Shown here: positions 1 through 12,887 of the stretch, piece by piece
Layout of the letters: each line of letters begins with the position of its first letter
Numbering within the stretch: the stretch's first letter is position 1
From: Octopus vulgaris
Lineage: Eukaryota
NCBI GenBank assembly: GCA_951406725.2
Contig: OX597833.1
Span: 48,794,001 to 48,858,000 of the forward strand
Length of the DNA stretch: 64,000 nucleotides
Direction: 5' to 3'
Program-made: the position numbers and the translations under genes
The notes under the pieces: generated by a model
What the model saw: only the letters and a program-made list of their open reading frames with translations
Database searches by the model: none
Told to the model about the DNA's origin: nothing

Positions 1-568
1 AGCAGGCTGTTCCGTTGATTCGGATCAACCGGAACCCTCGTCGTCGTAACCGACGGAGTGCTTCCATCCATTCCATTCCACATCTTCTCTCATACAAATT
101 TTGTATCTTCATGAAGAGGTGTAGCTGTGTTGTTAAGAAGTTTGCTTCATGTCCACGGTTCTTCCAGGTTCAATCCAATTACATGGTATCTTAGGCAATT
201 GTTTGTATCAGAGGCTTAGGTTGACCAATACATTGTGAGTAAAATTTGGTGGGTGAGAAGTGTGCAAGAAGCTCATCACATTGTCAAATTTGACAAAGGT
301 CTTGGCAGATGCTTAGATTAGCCCAAAGTTTTTTTGTTGTTTTCTTTATAGTGAAAATGAGCTATTCACACATTAGACTCACTCTCTCATCCTTGCACAC
401 CGTAAAAAAAAATTACTTCATCTAAAAGATTCAATGCCTTTTTATTAGGTTGATATGTTCAGTGTTTTACTCTTTATTCTACAACACACACAAGCACACA
501 TGTGCACACACACTCACCTACATTAATATTTATGTTTATATTGATTTCCCATTGTTTTCATGTTTCAG

Positions 569-964
569 GAAGTAACTCGGAAATACAAGCACAAAGGATG
601 GGCCTTGGACGGTGTTTATCTCCAGAATGATGTTACCACAAAACGGAAGGAGGAAACTCTAACTATTCCCTCAGAAGGTGTTTACATTTATGGTTTGTAT
701 TTAGAAGGAGCCGGATGGGACCGGTCCAGTGGTCGGCTCCAGGAGGCAAAACCCAAGATTCTCTCCGAGCCAATGCCAGTGATTCATATGTATGCAGTGA
801 ATCAGCCACGACCAGTTGATAGCAAAACGTATGTTTGCCCCATTTACAAGAAACCTTGTCGTACTGATTTGACATATGTGGCGAGTGTCACGCTTAAAGT
901 GGAAAACAATTCTGCGGATAAGTGGGTGAAAAGAGGAGTTGCTTTACTTTGTGATATTAAGTGA
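569..964 (+). CDS. Last coding exon of an axonemal dynein heavy chain (DNAH5/DNAH8-like C-terminus)
   Basis: Acceptor tgtttcag|GAA at 568/569. Peptide EVTR..KGWALD..EGVYIYGLYLEGAGWD..CPIYKKP.RTDL...WVKRGVALLCDIK* matches the DNAH5/8 C-terminus from recall. Candidate polyA signals AATAAA at 1152 and 1460. Confidence 0.93.
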   Translation, partial: EVTRKYKHKGWALDGVYLQNDVTTKRKEETLTIPSEGVYIYGLYLEGAGWDRSSGRLQEAKPKILSEPMPVIHMYAVNQPRPVDSKTYVCPIYKKPCRTDLTYVASVTLKVENNSADKWVKRGVALLCDIK

Positions 965-1006
965 AAGTACATAATGACGATTCTGCAGACTTATGTGTCA
1001 GAACAT

Positions 1007-1228
1007 ATGAGAAGGTGTTGGAAAGTTCCTGGCCTTAGGGCTTTTGCGAAAGGCCTGGTTGGGGGTCCAACCTTCCGAGTTCTTTTACAGGGTTTAGAAA
1101 AACTGAAGGACCACTGCAATAAGAGTGTGAATCTGAGAGAAGAATATGCTGAATAAAATCATAACTAACTGATCCTTCTGTATTTTCTTTTAACCAAAGC
1201 CAAGAACTTTTCAGAACCTCCTCGCATA
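1007..1228. mobile_element. Tc1/mariner-like MITE in the dynein 3' region
   Basis: Imperfect inverted ends (tatgagaaggtgttggaaagttcctggc / gccaagaacttttcagaacctcctcgcata). Related copies at about 60282-60502, 51484-51640 and 61580-61730. Confidence 0.65.
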
Positions 1229-1656
1229 CCATTTCTAATTTAAGATTTCTTTGCTTAAGCAGAACTACATTTGAATTAAAATAGTCATCTATGTATCATA
1301 GCTAATGTAAACACATTGTTGAAAGGCAATTTGCTAGCTTTCAATGATGTATTTAAGTTAAATGTGATATATGGGTGACTATTAGAATTACATTTTGTTT
1401 GATATTGTAGCAAACAGATATTGAAGAAAGATTTTTGTCTATATTTAATTAAATTTTCCAATAAAATTTATGTCACAGAATTTCTGTAGAGGTGGCTGAG
1501 ACAGTAGACGGTTGAACTGGATGCTTTGTTTTGTGTGACCCTACAAGCAAAGGTATGATTCTGTGGTTAAGTTTGGTTCACATTTAAGTGGTTTTGGGTT
1601 TGATCTCATTGTGAGACACCTTGGGTGAGTGTTTTTTTTTTTATTACAATCTCAAA

Positions 1657-1963
1657 TCTTTATATATAAAATTGAAGTTGTGTGTGTGAGACTCTGTCTC
1701 CTCCGATTTAGATTCCTAACTACTCCCACATTTTGCGGTACAGTTTAACCAAAAGCGGGTATCTTATAATCGTGATTCATATCGAGCCCTTCTGGGTATT
1801 AGTGTGCGTCTACGATGAGTCTACGATTTTAAAAAAAATTTACCATCATTTTTCCGCATTTTTAATGATTTTTGCTCGTGTTATATAAGGGAAGTAACTC
1901 TCTAAAAATGCTTATATAGTTATTTCCCTTACAAACCTGAGCAACGCCGGGCGATACTGCTAG
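1657..1963 (+). mobile_element. Non-autonomous Helitron
   Basis: Starts a|TC, ends CTAG|t, with a subterminal GC-rich hairpin-like segment (cctgagcaacgccggg). Same 3' end in the copy at 47658-48020. Confidence 0.75.
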
Positions 1964-2347
1964 TAGACCAATAAATTATGGATGAAGTTTGGTACTTAAC
2001 ATTCTCCATCCTATCATGTGTACCTAAATTAGAAACAATTCTTCCTGAAGGGAAGAATGGTGGATGTATAGAATTATTGCAGTATATGTTTTGAACTTAT
2101 ATTACCAACTTCTAAATGTAGAACAGCAAAACTGATCTGGGTATAAAAAGGCATAACCAATATGGAACCAAATACCACAAGGTATTTTTTGTTGAAACAG
2201 TGATTTAAACATGCTTGCTGACACACACATTTATATATATATAAAATTAATCCAAACATGAAAACACAAAGAGAAAACACAACAATGCAAGGACGTGGAA
2301 CAAGTATAGTGTTATTGGACGCTCAGGAAAGGAAAGAAAGAAGGAGG

Positions 2348-2382
2348 ATTTAACGTTTCGAGTGGAGCTCTTCATCAGAAAC
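2348..2382 (-). ncRNA. Candidate minimal hammerhead ribozyme (extra A after A9, palindromic stem III)
   Basis: Minus strand reads gttt CTGATGA A GAG ctcca CTC GAAA CG TT aaat: canonical core, 3-bp stem II, ACGT stem III. Confidence 0.65.
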
Positions 2383-2462
2383 ATAGGAAAAGGAAAGATC
2401 CAAGGAAGGGAAGATGGAGGAAAACAAAATCGCCTATGATACACATGCGGTCACATTTTGGA

Positions 2463-2524
<62 letters not shown>

Positions 2525-3618
2525 CTTGTGTGTACAGATGTAATAATATACTCCCCTAAAGAACCATTGTGGATCTGTGTTCAGCTGCACCAGGAAATTG
2601 CACTTCAGAGGATGTAAATAGGTTAAACATGCACAAAGTAAAAGAACTGCAGCTTGTTTTTTTTTAATCATATTTTTGCATATATGTGTGTGTGTGTGCA
2701 TGTTGATGCCATGATAAAAGGCACACTGTACACAGTATATTAGTTGGTATTAAGAAGGGTATCCAACAGGAGAAACCATGTTAAAAATGGAATATAAAAT
2801 TAGAATGTGGCCCACCAACTTGTCTAAGCTCAAATAAGAACGAACTCACGCTGTCATGGCAGACATAAAAATAATAATGTTATATATTCCAACAGCTTTC
2901 GTATAGTTACAAGGCAAACTTCTTAATGACATGTTAATTAAACTGAAATTATTAAATATATCTATCTGTCTCTTTAATATGTTTCTTAGGTTAACTAATT
3001 AGACAGCCAGCCATCTGGCAGAGCTTTGGACAAAACACTTTGTAATATTTATTCCAGCAGTTAAGGCAGTGAGCTGGCAGAATCATTAGCAGACCAGGCA
3101 AAATGCATAGTGGCACTTTGTCTGTCTTGACGTTCTGAGTTCAAATTCCACTGAGGTTGGCCTTGCCTTTCATCCTCTTGATGTCAATAAATTAAGTACC
3201 AGATGAGTACTGGTTTTCCTCCTCTGCCAAATTTGGTGAAAATCTGTTCAGTTGTTTTCCAGTAATTTTACAAACACAGATATAAACAGACAGAGATGAG
3301 TGAATACAATACCCTGCTTTCACTTATGATAGATATATATATATATGTATGTATATATATATATATGTATGTATGTCTATATATATGTATGTATGTCCAT
3401 ATATATGTATGTATGTCCATATATATATATGTATATCCATATATATATATGTATGTATGTATGTATATATATATATGTATGTATCAGCCAAAATTGCGAG
3501 GACGATCCGGTTCTTGACTGAAGATTAGAGGCTTCGAATGACCCGTCCATTTTTGTATCGTCTATTTGAATGTTTTGCATTCTTGTCCCATTTTGTATTT
3601 TTATATATATTTTATCTA

Positions 3619-3662
<44 letters not shown>

Positions 3663-3745
3663 CAGTTGCAGCGTGGAAGGTGTTTGTAAGCCATTTAAGA
3701 AACACACAAAAGCCGTTCGATTCACTTCAACATTTAAGTTTAATT

Positions 3746-3791
3746 TGTCAAAATATTTTCATCGCTAAAATCCGCGACCTGTTCACTGACA
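3746..3791 (-). ncRNA. Candidate G3-C8 variant hammerhead ribozyme
   Basis: Minus strand reads tgtca GTGAACA G GTCGC ggatttta GCGAT GAAA ATAT TT tgaca. Same family as 44889-44935. Confidence 0.6.
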
Positions 3792-4065
3792 AAGCTTCAT
3801 GCTGCATCTCAGCATTATTAAAAACCAAGAGAGATGGCGATAAGATTAATAAAATTCATCACATGATGCGTGTGATGAATTGAAGCAATTGTAGGGTCTG
3901 GTCTTGTCAATGTATTAAACTTTTACTGATCTTATCTCCATCTTCTCTCTTGGTTTTTAATGACATGAATAATATATATGCACGTGCCTCTATTGTTAGG
4001 TATTCAACCAGTATAATCTTGGATATGTTAACCCCTCCGAGGTTTATATCCTCACCTGTACTTTG

Positions 4066-4099
<34 letters not shown>

Positions 4100-4723
4100 G
4101 TATGTATGTATGTATATGTATGTATGTATGTATATGTATGTATGTATGTATATATATCACCTTGACCGACCAGTCTGTCAGGTGTCCATTTGACACCGTT
4201 GGTCACAGTATGCGGCCCACTCCACTCTGGAGATATATATATGAACTCCATATATGTATATATATATATATCAAAAGGTTTTTTTTTTAATTTTTGTTTC
4301 TTTTGTTCATATTTTCAGCAAAAGTAATAAAGCATTGTTAATGAGAAAAACTATCAGCCATGCTAATCGTCTGACAAAATTTCTAACAATAAATATCTAA
4401 AATGTCTTCTTGGGTAACTCAATTGACAAAGCTCTCTTTCTCTCTCTCTCTTTTACACACACACACCTCCATTATATCAATCTCAGTGCACTACAAAGAT
4501 TAGGATTCTCTTTACTATGTTTCTTGGGTTAACTAATTAGACAGCCAGCCATCTGGCAGAGCTTGGGACAAAACACTTAGTAATATTTATTCCAGCAGTT
4601 AAGGCAGTGAGCTGGCAGAATCGTTAGCAGACCAGGCAAAATGCAAGTGGCACTTTGTCTGTCTTGACGTTCTGAGTTCAAATTCCACTTTCATCCTCTT
4701 GATGTCAATATATTAAGTACCAG

Positions 4724-5229
4724 AAAAAGCACCATCTGGACGTGGCCGTTGCCAGCGCCACCTCGACTGGCTTCTGTGCCGGTGGCACATAAAAAGCACC
4801 ATCCGAACGTGGCCGATGCCAGCGCTGCCCCGACTGGCCCCTGTGTCGGTGGCACATAAAAAGCACCATCCGAACATGGCCGATGCCAGCGCCGCCCCGA
4901 CTGGCTCCTGTGCCGGTGGCACATAAAAAGCACCATCCGAACGTGGCCGTTGCCAGCGTCGCCTAAGCTGGCTTCTGTGCCGGTGGCACGTTAAAAGCTC
5001 CAACCGATCGTGGCCGATGCCGGACGCCCCTGGCACCTGTGCAGGTGGCACGTAAAAAGCACCCACTACACTCGCGGAGTGGTTGGCGTTAGGAAGGGCA
5101 TCCAGCTGTAGAAACTCTGCCAGATCAGACTGGAGACTTGGTGCAGCCCCTGGCTTCCCAGACCCCGGTCGAACCGTCCAACCCGTGCTAGCGCGGAAAA
5201 CGGACGTTAAACGATGATGATGATGATGA
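4724..5229 (+). mobile_element. SINE-like element with internal ~60-bp tandem units and (GAT)n tail
   Basis: Repeated gtgccggtggcacataaaaagcaccatccgaacgtggccg units, conserved body, gatgatgat tail. Other copies at about 15330-15638, 24170-24487 (-), 27825-28010, 48255-48980, 62706-63020 (-) and 63421-63680. Confidence 0.85.
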
Positions 5230-5711
5230 GTACTGGTTTTCCTCTTCTGCCAAATTTGGTGAAAATCTGTTAAGTTGTTTTCCAGTAATTTTACAAACAC
5301 ACAGAGATAAACAGACAGAGATGAGTGAATACAATACTCTGCTTTCACTTATGTGTGCAATGTGACAAAATTGTTAAGGAACATCACCTTTTATTTCTGT
5401 TTACTGAATTTTATAGAGATATTTGTGAATGACAGATAATAATATATTGAAAATCTGTCAGAGGTGCGATAGATGGTCATGGATACTATCCCCGCTTCTT
5501 GGCTAAGTAGACACAAGCGTACCTGTGTGGTTAAGAAGACTTGAGGTTCAGACTTAGTGTATGGCACTTTGAGCAGGTATCTTCCATTATAGCTTTGGGC
5601 TGACCAATGCCTTGTCGGCGAATTTTGTAGATAGTAACTGTGCGGAGGCCTGCTGTGTAGGTGGGGGTGGGATCACAGTGAGGAGTTTTTGTCACATTTT
5701 TTACTTTGAGA

Positions 5712-5895
5712 CTCTTTTACTTGTTTCAGTCATTTGACCACGGTCATGCTGGAGCACCACCTTTAGTCGAGCAAATCGACCCCAGGACTTATACTTTGTA
5801 AGCCTAGTACTTAATCTATCGGTGTCTTTTCCTGAACTGCTAAGTTACGGGGACGTAAACACACCAGCAGTTGGCAAGCGATGCTGGAGGGACAA

Positions 5896-5940
<45 letters not shown>

Positions 5941-6090
5941 ACAGGCTTCTTTCAGTTTCCGTCTACCAAATCCACTCACAAGGCTTTGGTCGACCTGAGG
6001 CTATAGTAAAAGACACTTGCCCAAGGTGCCACGCAGCGGGACTGAACCCGGAACCATATGGTTGATAAGCAAGCTACTTACCACAGCCAC
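5712..6090 (-). mobile_element. tRNA-headed SINE with internal (TA)/(TG) microsatellite
   Basis: Head gtggctgtgtggtaag...gggttcagtccc with A/B-box-like motifs. Many copies, e.g. about 19250-19682, 20010-20425, 38700-39072, 46590-46960, 49575-49977, 51950-52355 and 52530-52895. This family produces the recurring 'LLSVSVYQIHSQGFG' ORFs. Confidence 0.85.
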
Positions 6091-6497
6091 TTCTGAGAGA
6101 AAATATATTATTTACAAATGTTCACTACCTTACAAAAATTATATCAGATAAGCAAATCACCTTCTCTAAATGCATTAAAAACGCTATAACATATTCAGAA
6201 CATCATTTCAGAAAATCATCACCGTTTTCTTTGAGCATATAAAAGACAAATTTAGCTGGGGCAAAATGAGTAAAACGAGACACAGTAAATCTGCCTCTTC
6301 AATTCTCCAGAATTACATTTCAAAGCAGACTCATACACATCACTATCCATTCTTAGTCATCAGAAAGATCGTAAATGCTACAAAATTTTAAAATATTGAA
6401 AATAATTGAAAGAGGCTCATGGAAAAATTGCACATAATATGAAATTAATGAAATTCAACTGAATCAAAAAACTAAGATAATCTCTATTGATGCTTCA

Positions 6498-6987
6498 GTA
6501 ATGATATGCATAAGATCTGCTCATCAAGTCTAAGCAGAGATTTCAAACTTAAAATCTTCAAAGCCACAGTCGAACCAATTCTACTATATGGCTCAGAAAC
6601 CTGGACGTTATCAAGGAAGCTTGAGAGGTGATTGGATGGAACTTACACTCGCCTCCTTATGAGAGCTCAAAATCTCTCGTCGAAGCGTCATCCAACCAAA
6701 GTACAAATATATAGGAAATTACCACCTGTATCATCTCTTGTGAAAGGTAGAAGAGTCCAGTTTGCTGGACATTGTTGTAGAGCTGAAAACGAGGTAATTT
6801 CTACTCTTCTCCTCTGGAAGCCATCTACTCACAATACCAGAGGGCCCACACCCTCCTACCCTGATGTAATCTCCAGGGATACAGGCATCCAGCAACAGGA
6901 CCTCCGTAATGCTATGACGGACCGTGAAGTCTGGCATAACATAGTAAATTCCATTGTCTCGACTACGGTCGAACAATGATGATGATG
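6498..6987 (+). mobile_element. 5'-truncated RTE-clade LINE (ORF2 C-terminal fragment)
   Basis: Encodes ..KATVEPILLYGSETWTL..QFAGHC.R..DREVW..; (GAT)n tail; 12-bp target-site duplication (TSD) attgatgcttca at 6486-6497 and 6988-6999. Confidence 0.88.
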
Positions 6988-7551
6988 ATTGATGCTTCAT
7001 GATCTGCTGGAGTGTCTACTTTGTGATATATTTACAAACCAAGAAGTTAAACAGAACAAATTATTGAAACAGCCATTACTCATTTTACCCCATTTTAGAC
7101 ATCTTTTTTTTGAGAATTGAACATTATCAAATTAAATATTAGTATGGGAAAAAAATTGACTTGGAATCCAACAGAGAAAAGAATATTAATTATTAAACAC
7201 CAAACAATTATCCAGATAGTTTTATTAGCAACTTCAATTACAACTGGGTCAAAGTTGAAGAAAAATTTCTTGAAAAAAAAAAAAAAAAAAAGAGGATCTG
7301 GTATCTATTTTCTGTTATCTATTGCTGACCAATTTTTACTCCCAAAGATGATGCAACAGTACAAAATGGTGGTGTAATACTTGAAATGTAATGGTTTCAA
7401 ACAGGTTGGGAGAAAATAACAAGAAATCAGAAATTACTCATTCTACACCGGTTACTAATTTGGCACACACTCCCCCTCCAATATATGTATTTATATATGT
7501 ATCTTTGTATTTATTATCCCCCGCTTGGCGACCTGTGCTGGTTCGTCTACG

Positions 7552-7945
7552 GGATCTTTTCGGTTTGAACGGCAGTTTTTAACATAATTTCTAGGTAACT
7601 AAAAAATTTTAAACTTCGTATACTGGTAGAATGCGTTTATAAAACATCTTTTTCTCTTGGCTTTATTGAGAAAATTATATAGTTTGTAAGATATTTGTTG
7701 TTTTTTTTCTTCAATTTCTGCAATTTCAACCAATCACTGATGTCCATTGAGGTAAACAACATTCTGTGCCATATGAATATGTCCCTCGTTTAAGAAACAG
7801 ATTGGGTTTATTTACATTTGTGAAGAAAAAAAGATACCCTTCCCACCAGATTGAAATGCAATAGATCAATACTAGGGTCATAATTATGGGTGACAATTTC
7901 ATATGACACCCCTAGAAAAAACTGCCATTCAAACCGAAAAGATCC
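7552..7945. mobile_element. MITE with terminal inverted repeats (TIR) GGATCTTTTCGGTTTGAACGGCAG (hAT-like)
   Basis: Inverted termini at both ends. Other copies at about 18566-18985 and 39406-39817; the latter has an 8-bp TSD, taaacctt. Confidence 0.8.
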
Positions 7946-8384
7946 CCAGTTTTTACTCCCAAAGATGATGCAACAGTACAAAATCGTGATGTAATACTTG
8001 AAATGTAATAGTTTCAAACAGGTTGGGAGAAAATAACAAGAAATCAGAAATTACTCATTCTACACCGATTACTAATTTGGCACATACACCTCTCCAATAT
8101 ATGTATTTATGTATGTATCTTTGTGTTTATTATCCCCCACTTGGCAACCTGTTCTGGTTCATCTACGTTTTCGTAATTAGTGGTTCGGTGAAAGAGACGG
8201 ATAGAATAAATGTCAGTCTTAAAAATAAGTATGGGGGTCGATTTGTTTGACTGTCACAATATGGTCGCGGTTTAGTGACTAAAAACAAATAAAAGATAAG
8301 AGAAAATAAAGACCAAAAAAATTCTAGACAGTAAACAGTTTATCACAGTGTCTTTTGCAAAACTACATCTCTATTAAAACTTCC

Positions 8385-9963
8385 GGATCTTTTCGATTTG
8401 AACGGCAGATTTTTAAAATAATTTCCATGTACCTAAAAAATTTTAAACTTCGTATACTGGTAGAATGTGTTTATAAAACATCTTTTTCTCTTGGCTTTCT
8501 TGAGAAAATTCTATAGTTTGTAACATATTTGTTGTTTAATAGGATCTTTTCACTTTGACCGGCAGATTTTAAAAATAATTTCTATGTACCTAAAAAATTT
8601 AAAGTCCGTATACTGGTAGAATGTGTTTATAAAACATCTTTTTCTCTTGGCTTTCTTGAGAAAATTCTATAGTTTGTAACATATTTATTGTTTAATAGGA
8701 TCTTTTCACTTTGACTGGCAGATTTTAAAAATAATTTCTATGTACCTAAAAAGTTTTTAAGTTCGTATACTGGTAGAATGTGTTTATAAAACATCTTTTT
8801 CTCTTGGCTTTCTTGAGAAAATTCTATAGTTTGTAACATATTTGTTGTTTAATAGGATCTTTTCACTTTGACTGGCAGATTTTAAAAATAATTTCTATGT
8901 ACCTAAAAAGTTTTTAAGTTCGTATACTGGTAGAATGTGTTTATAAAACATCTTTTTCTCTTGGCTTTCTTGAGAAAATTCTATAGTTTGTAACATATTT
9001 GTTGTTTAATAGGATCTTTTCACTTTGACTGGCAGATTTTAAAAATAATTTCTATGTACCTAAAAAGTTTTTAAGTTCGTATACTGGTAGAATGTGTTTA
9101 TAAAACATCTTTTTCTCTTGGCTTTCTTGAGAAAATTCTATAGTTTGTAACATATTTGTTGTTTAATAGGATCTTTTCACTTTGACTGGCAGATTTTAAA
9201 AATAATTTCTATGTACCTAAAAAGTTTTTAAGTTCGTATACTGGTAGAATGTGTTTATAAAACATCTTTTTCTCTTGGCTTTCTTGAGAAAATTCTATAG
9301 TTTGTAACATATTTGTTGTTTAATAGGATCTTTTCACTTTGACTGGCAGATTTTTAAAATAATTTCTATGTAACTAAAAAATTTTAAACTTCGTATACTG
9401 GTAGAATGTGTTTGTAAAACATCTTTTTCTCTTGGCTTTCTTGAGAGAATTCTGTAGTTTGTAACATATTTATTGTTTAATTGGATCTTTTCACTTTGAC
9501 CGGTAGATTTTTAAAATAATTTCTTTGTAACTAAAAAATTTTAAACTTTGTATACTGGTAGAATGTGTTTGTAAAACATCTTTTTCTCTTGGCTTTCTTG
9601 AGAAAATTCTGTAGTTTGTAACATATTTATTGTTTAATTGGATCTTTTCCCTTTGACCGGTAGATTTTTAAAATAATTTCTTTGTAACTAAAAAATTTTA
9701 AACTTCGTATACTGGTAGAATGTGTTTGTAAAACATCTTTTTCTCTTGGCTTTCTTGAGAAAATTCTGTAGTTTGTAACATATTTATTGTTTAATTGGAT
9801 CTATTCACTTTGACCGGTAGATTTTTAAAATAATTTCTTTGTAACTAAAAAACTTTTAACTTCTCTTGGCTTTATTGAGAAAATGTTTTATAAACACATT
9901 CTACCTGTATACGAAGTTACATGGAAATTATTAAAAAAAAACTGCCGTTCAAACCGAAAAGAT
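8385..9963. repeat. Tandem array of about ten 157-bp units derived from the left end of the MITE, closed by an inverted terminus
   Basis: ggatc unit starts at 8385, 8542, 8698, 8855, 9012, 9169, 9326, 9483, 9640 and 9797. Inverted TIR ...aactgccgttcaaaccgaaaagat ends at about 9963. Confidence 0.9.
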
Positions 9964-10680
9964 GTAAACTTCTTTTCCGTTCCAGTTGCCCATTACTCCC
10001 TAATAATTCAGAATGAATATTAGTGCTATTAATCATATTTGTCTATATCCTAGCGTCAATGTAGGACACGACCTACACCAATAAAAAAGAAGTCTGCATA
10101 AATCGCAAATTAATAACCGAAAGTTAGATAAGAGTTATTCCCCGTTGGAATTATTTTGGAGCTACCTCCCTTTATCAAATTTGCTATCAGATTATGCAGG
10201 GATAAATTAAGGTAACACTGCTAGAAATGATAGCAAAAATCTCCAAATTAATCTCTAGCACCTTGGGGGAAAAATAAAAGGAGACATATTAGCATAACCT
10301 TATACAATCCGCTTGAATGGTCACGAGTGGACTGCTTTTGATCACCGGTCTTTTCTGATATGTACAACCAAATGAATTCTTTCCATAAGTCACTTACCAT
10401 ATCATCAATAACTTACATCTCTGAACATTTCACATACTAAAGTTTTGACGTAAGGTAGCTGATTTGGAAGAAGCCCATAAAATTATCCACAACCTTTTCA
10501 ACAACAAATTTGGCTACTCTTTTGAATTCAGTACCTCTACCACCTATGGACATCCTTATAATATCAAAAGATAGTACAGCACCCATGACTTTCAGAAACA
10601 TTTTTCTATGCTCAGAATCATGAAAGCATGGAATAAACTATCTGTGTCAGTTGTTAACTGTCAAGATATTAAACCCTCCA

Positions 10681-10917
10681 ATGAAGGCAGCTAACTGGCA
10701 GAAACGTTAGCACGCTGGGCGAAATACGTAGCCGTATTTTGTCTGCCGTTACGTTCTGAGTTCAAATTCCACCGAGGTCGACTTTGCCTTTCATCCTTTC
10801 GGGGTCAATTAAATAAGTACCAGTTACGCGCTGGGGTCGATATAATCGACTTAATCCGTGTGTCTGTCCTTGTTTGTCCTCTCTGTGTTTAGCCCCTTGT
10901 GGGTAGTAAAGAAATAA
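10681..10917 (+). mobile_element. SINE (ggcggcgagctggcagaa.. family) inserted in a decayed CR1-like fragment
   Basis: 15-bp TSD atattaaaccctcca at 10666-10680 and 10918-10932. Other copies at about 21110-21518, 23203-23430, 40970-41353, 50785-51021 and 63919-64000. Confidence 0.85.
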
Positions 10918-12840
10918 ATATTAAACCCTCCAAAAATTTCATGCTTCCTGAAATTTGCCAACACTATTTCTGATGTGCCTAAGTATCCTTTCCTCTTTTT
11001 GGCACTTTTGCTGTTTCTTTTCTGGTCTTTCCATGTTTTATTCTATGTCATATGCATGTACTTTAGACTACCATTGCTAGCTTTCTTTACTTATTACTGC
11101 TTTCTGTTCCCTCATTCCTTGCTTTCCAATGATTTAGTGCACCTGATTGTATATAGTAGGAGCACTCTGTCGGTTACAACGATGAGGGTCCCAGCTGATC
11201 CAATCAATGGAACAGCTTGCTCGTGAAATTTACCTGCAAGTGGCTGAGCACTCCACAGACACGTGTACCCTTAACGTAGTTTGCAAAGAGATTCAGTGTG
11301 ACACAGAGTTTGACAAGGCTGGCCCTTTTGAAATACAGGTACTACTCATTTTTGCCAGTTGAGTAGACTGGAGCAACATGAAATTCAGTGTCTTGCTCAA
11401 GGACACAACACGCCGGCGGGAATTGAACTCACGACCTTACGATCATGATCCGAATGCCCTAACCACTAATAATCTAATTATTAGCTATAATCATTGCAAT
11501 GGCAAACTAGCAAAATCGTTAGCAAGCCAAACAAAATGCTTAGTGGCTTTTTGTCCAAGGTTGACTTTTGTCTTTCAGCCTTTCAGGATCAATTGAATAA
11601 GTATCAGTCATGTACTGGGGGTTGATGTAATCAACCTACAACCTCTCCCAAAATTTCAGGCTTTGTGTCTATAGTGAAAAGGATTATAAAGCCAGCAAGT
11701 TGGCAGAGTGGTAAGCACTTCAGATAAAATCCTTAGTGACCTTTCTTCAGGCTCTACATTCTTATTTCTTTATTGCCCACAAGGGGCTAAATAGAGGGGA
11801 CAAACAAGGGAAGACAAAGGGATTAAGTCAATTACATCGACCCCAGTGCATAACTGGTACTTATTTTATTGACCCTGAAAGGATGAAAGGCAAAGTTGAC
11901 CTCAGTGGAATTTTAAACTCAGAACATAAAGAAAATCACAAAGCAGTCTGCCTGGCATAGTAATGATTCTGCCAGCTCACCACCTTCGATGGTAATAATA
12001 ATAATAATAATGGACTCTCCCATAAGAGACAATGTATGAGTGTTTAGCCTTTGGCGGAATAACCTGCAAATATGATTCATTTATGGTGATCAAATGTATG
12101 TGCTGTACATTAGCTCACCTCCTTAATCAAATCGATGTTGTCTGAACAGGTGCACTGTGTACCACACGTCAGGTGACAAAGTGATTACAGAGCAAAGTCA
12201 GATGAAGTGTTTTGATCAAGAACACAATGCACCACCCAGTCTAGGATTTGAAATCACGATTGCACGAGTGCAACACCCCAACTACTAGGCCATGCACCTA
12301 ATAATAATAACAATAATAATAATAATAATAATTATTATTATTATTATTTCTACTGTAAGTACGTGCCTTGAAAATTTTGGGGGGAAGAGGGTTAGTCGAT
12401 TATATTAACCCCAGTGCGTAACTGGTACTTATTTCATCTACCCCAAAAGAATGAAAGGCAAAGTCAGCCTCAACGGAATTTGAACTCAGAATATAGCAGC
12501 AGACGAAATACAGCTAACAAAATTCACTCCACATGATAATGATTCTACCAGCTCACTGCCTTAATAATAATAATAATTATAATAATAATAATAATAAATT
12601 TTGACACAAGACCAGCAACTTCGGGGCAGTGCTCAACTATTACTTAATTTAATGACCCTGAAAGGATGAAAGGCAAAGTCAACCTTGATGAACTAATAAT
12701 AACAATAATAATCTTTTCTACTCTAGGTACAGGACCTGAAATTTTGGGGGTAGGACCAGTCAATTAGATTGACTCCAATATGCAACTGGTACTTAATTTA
12801 TCGACCCCAAAAGGATGAAAGGCAAAGTCAACCTTGGCAT

Positions 12841-12887
<47 letters not shown>

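Noticed and set aside
3495-3550. CTGAAGA...CGAA motif (also 43510-43570) as a hammerhead
   Set aside because: No convincing stem II, and GAAT replaces GAAA; the stems could not be assigned.
4713-5348. 211-aa ORF, and the similar 268-aa ORF at 48060-48866
   Set aside because: Antisense readings of GC-rich SINE tandem units; the same peptide recurs wherever the SINE occurs.
8385-9870. Regularly spaced repeats as a CRISPR-like array
   Set aside because: Contiguous 157-bp units with no unique spacers, eukaryotic context and no cas genes.
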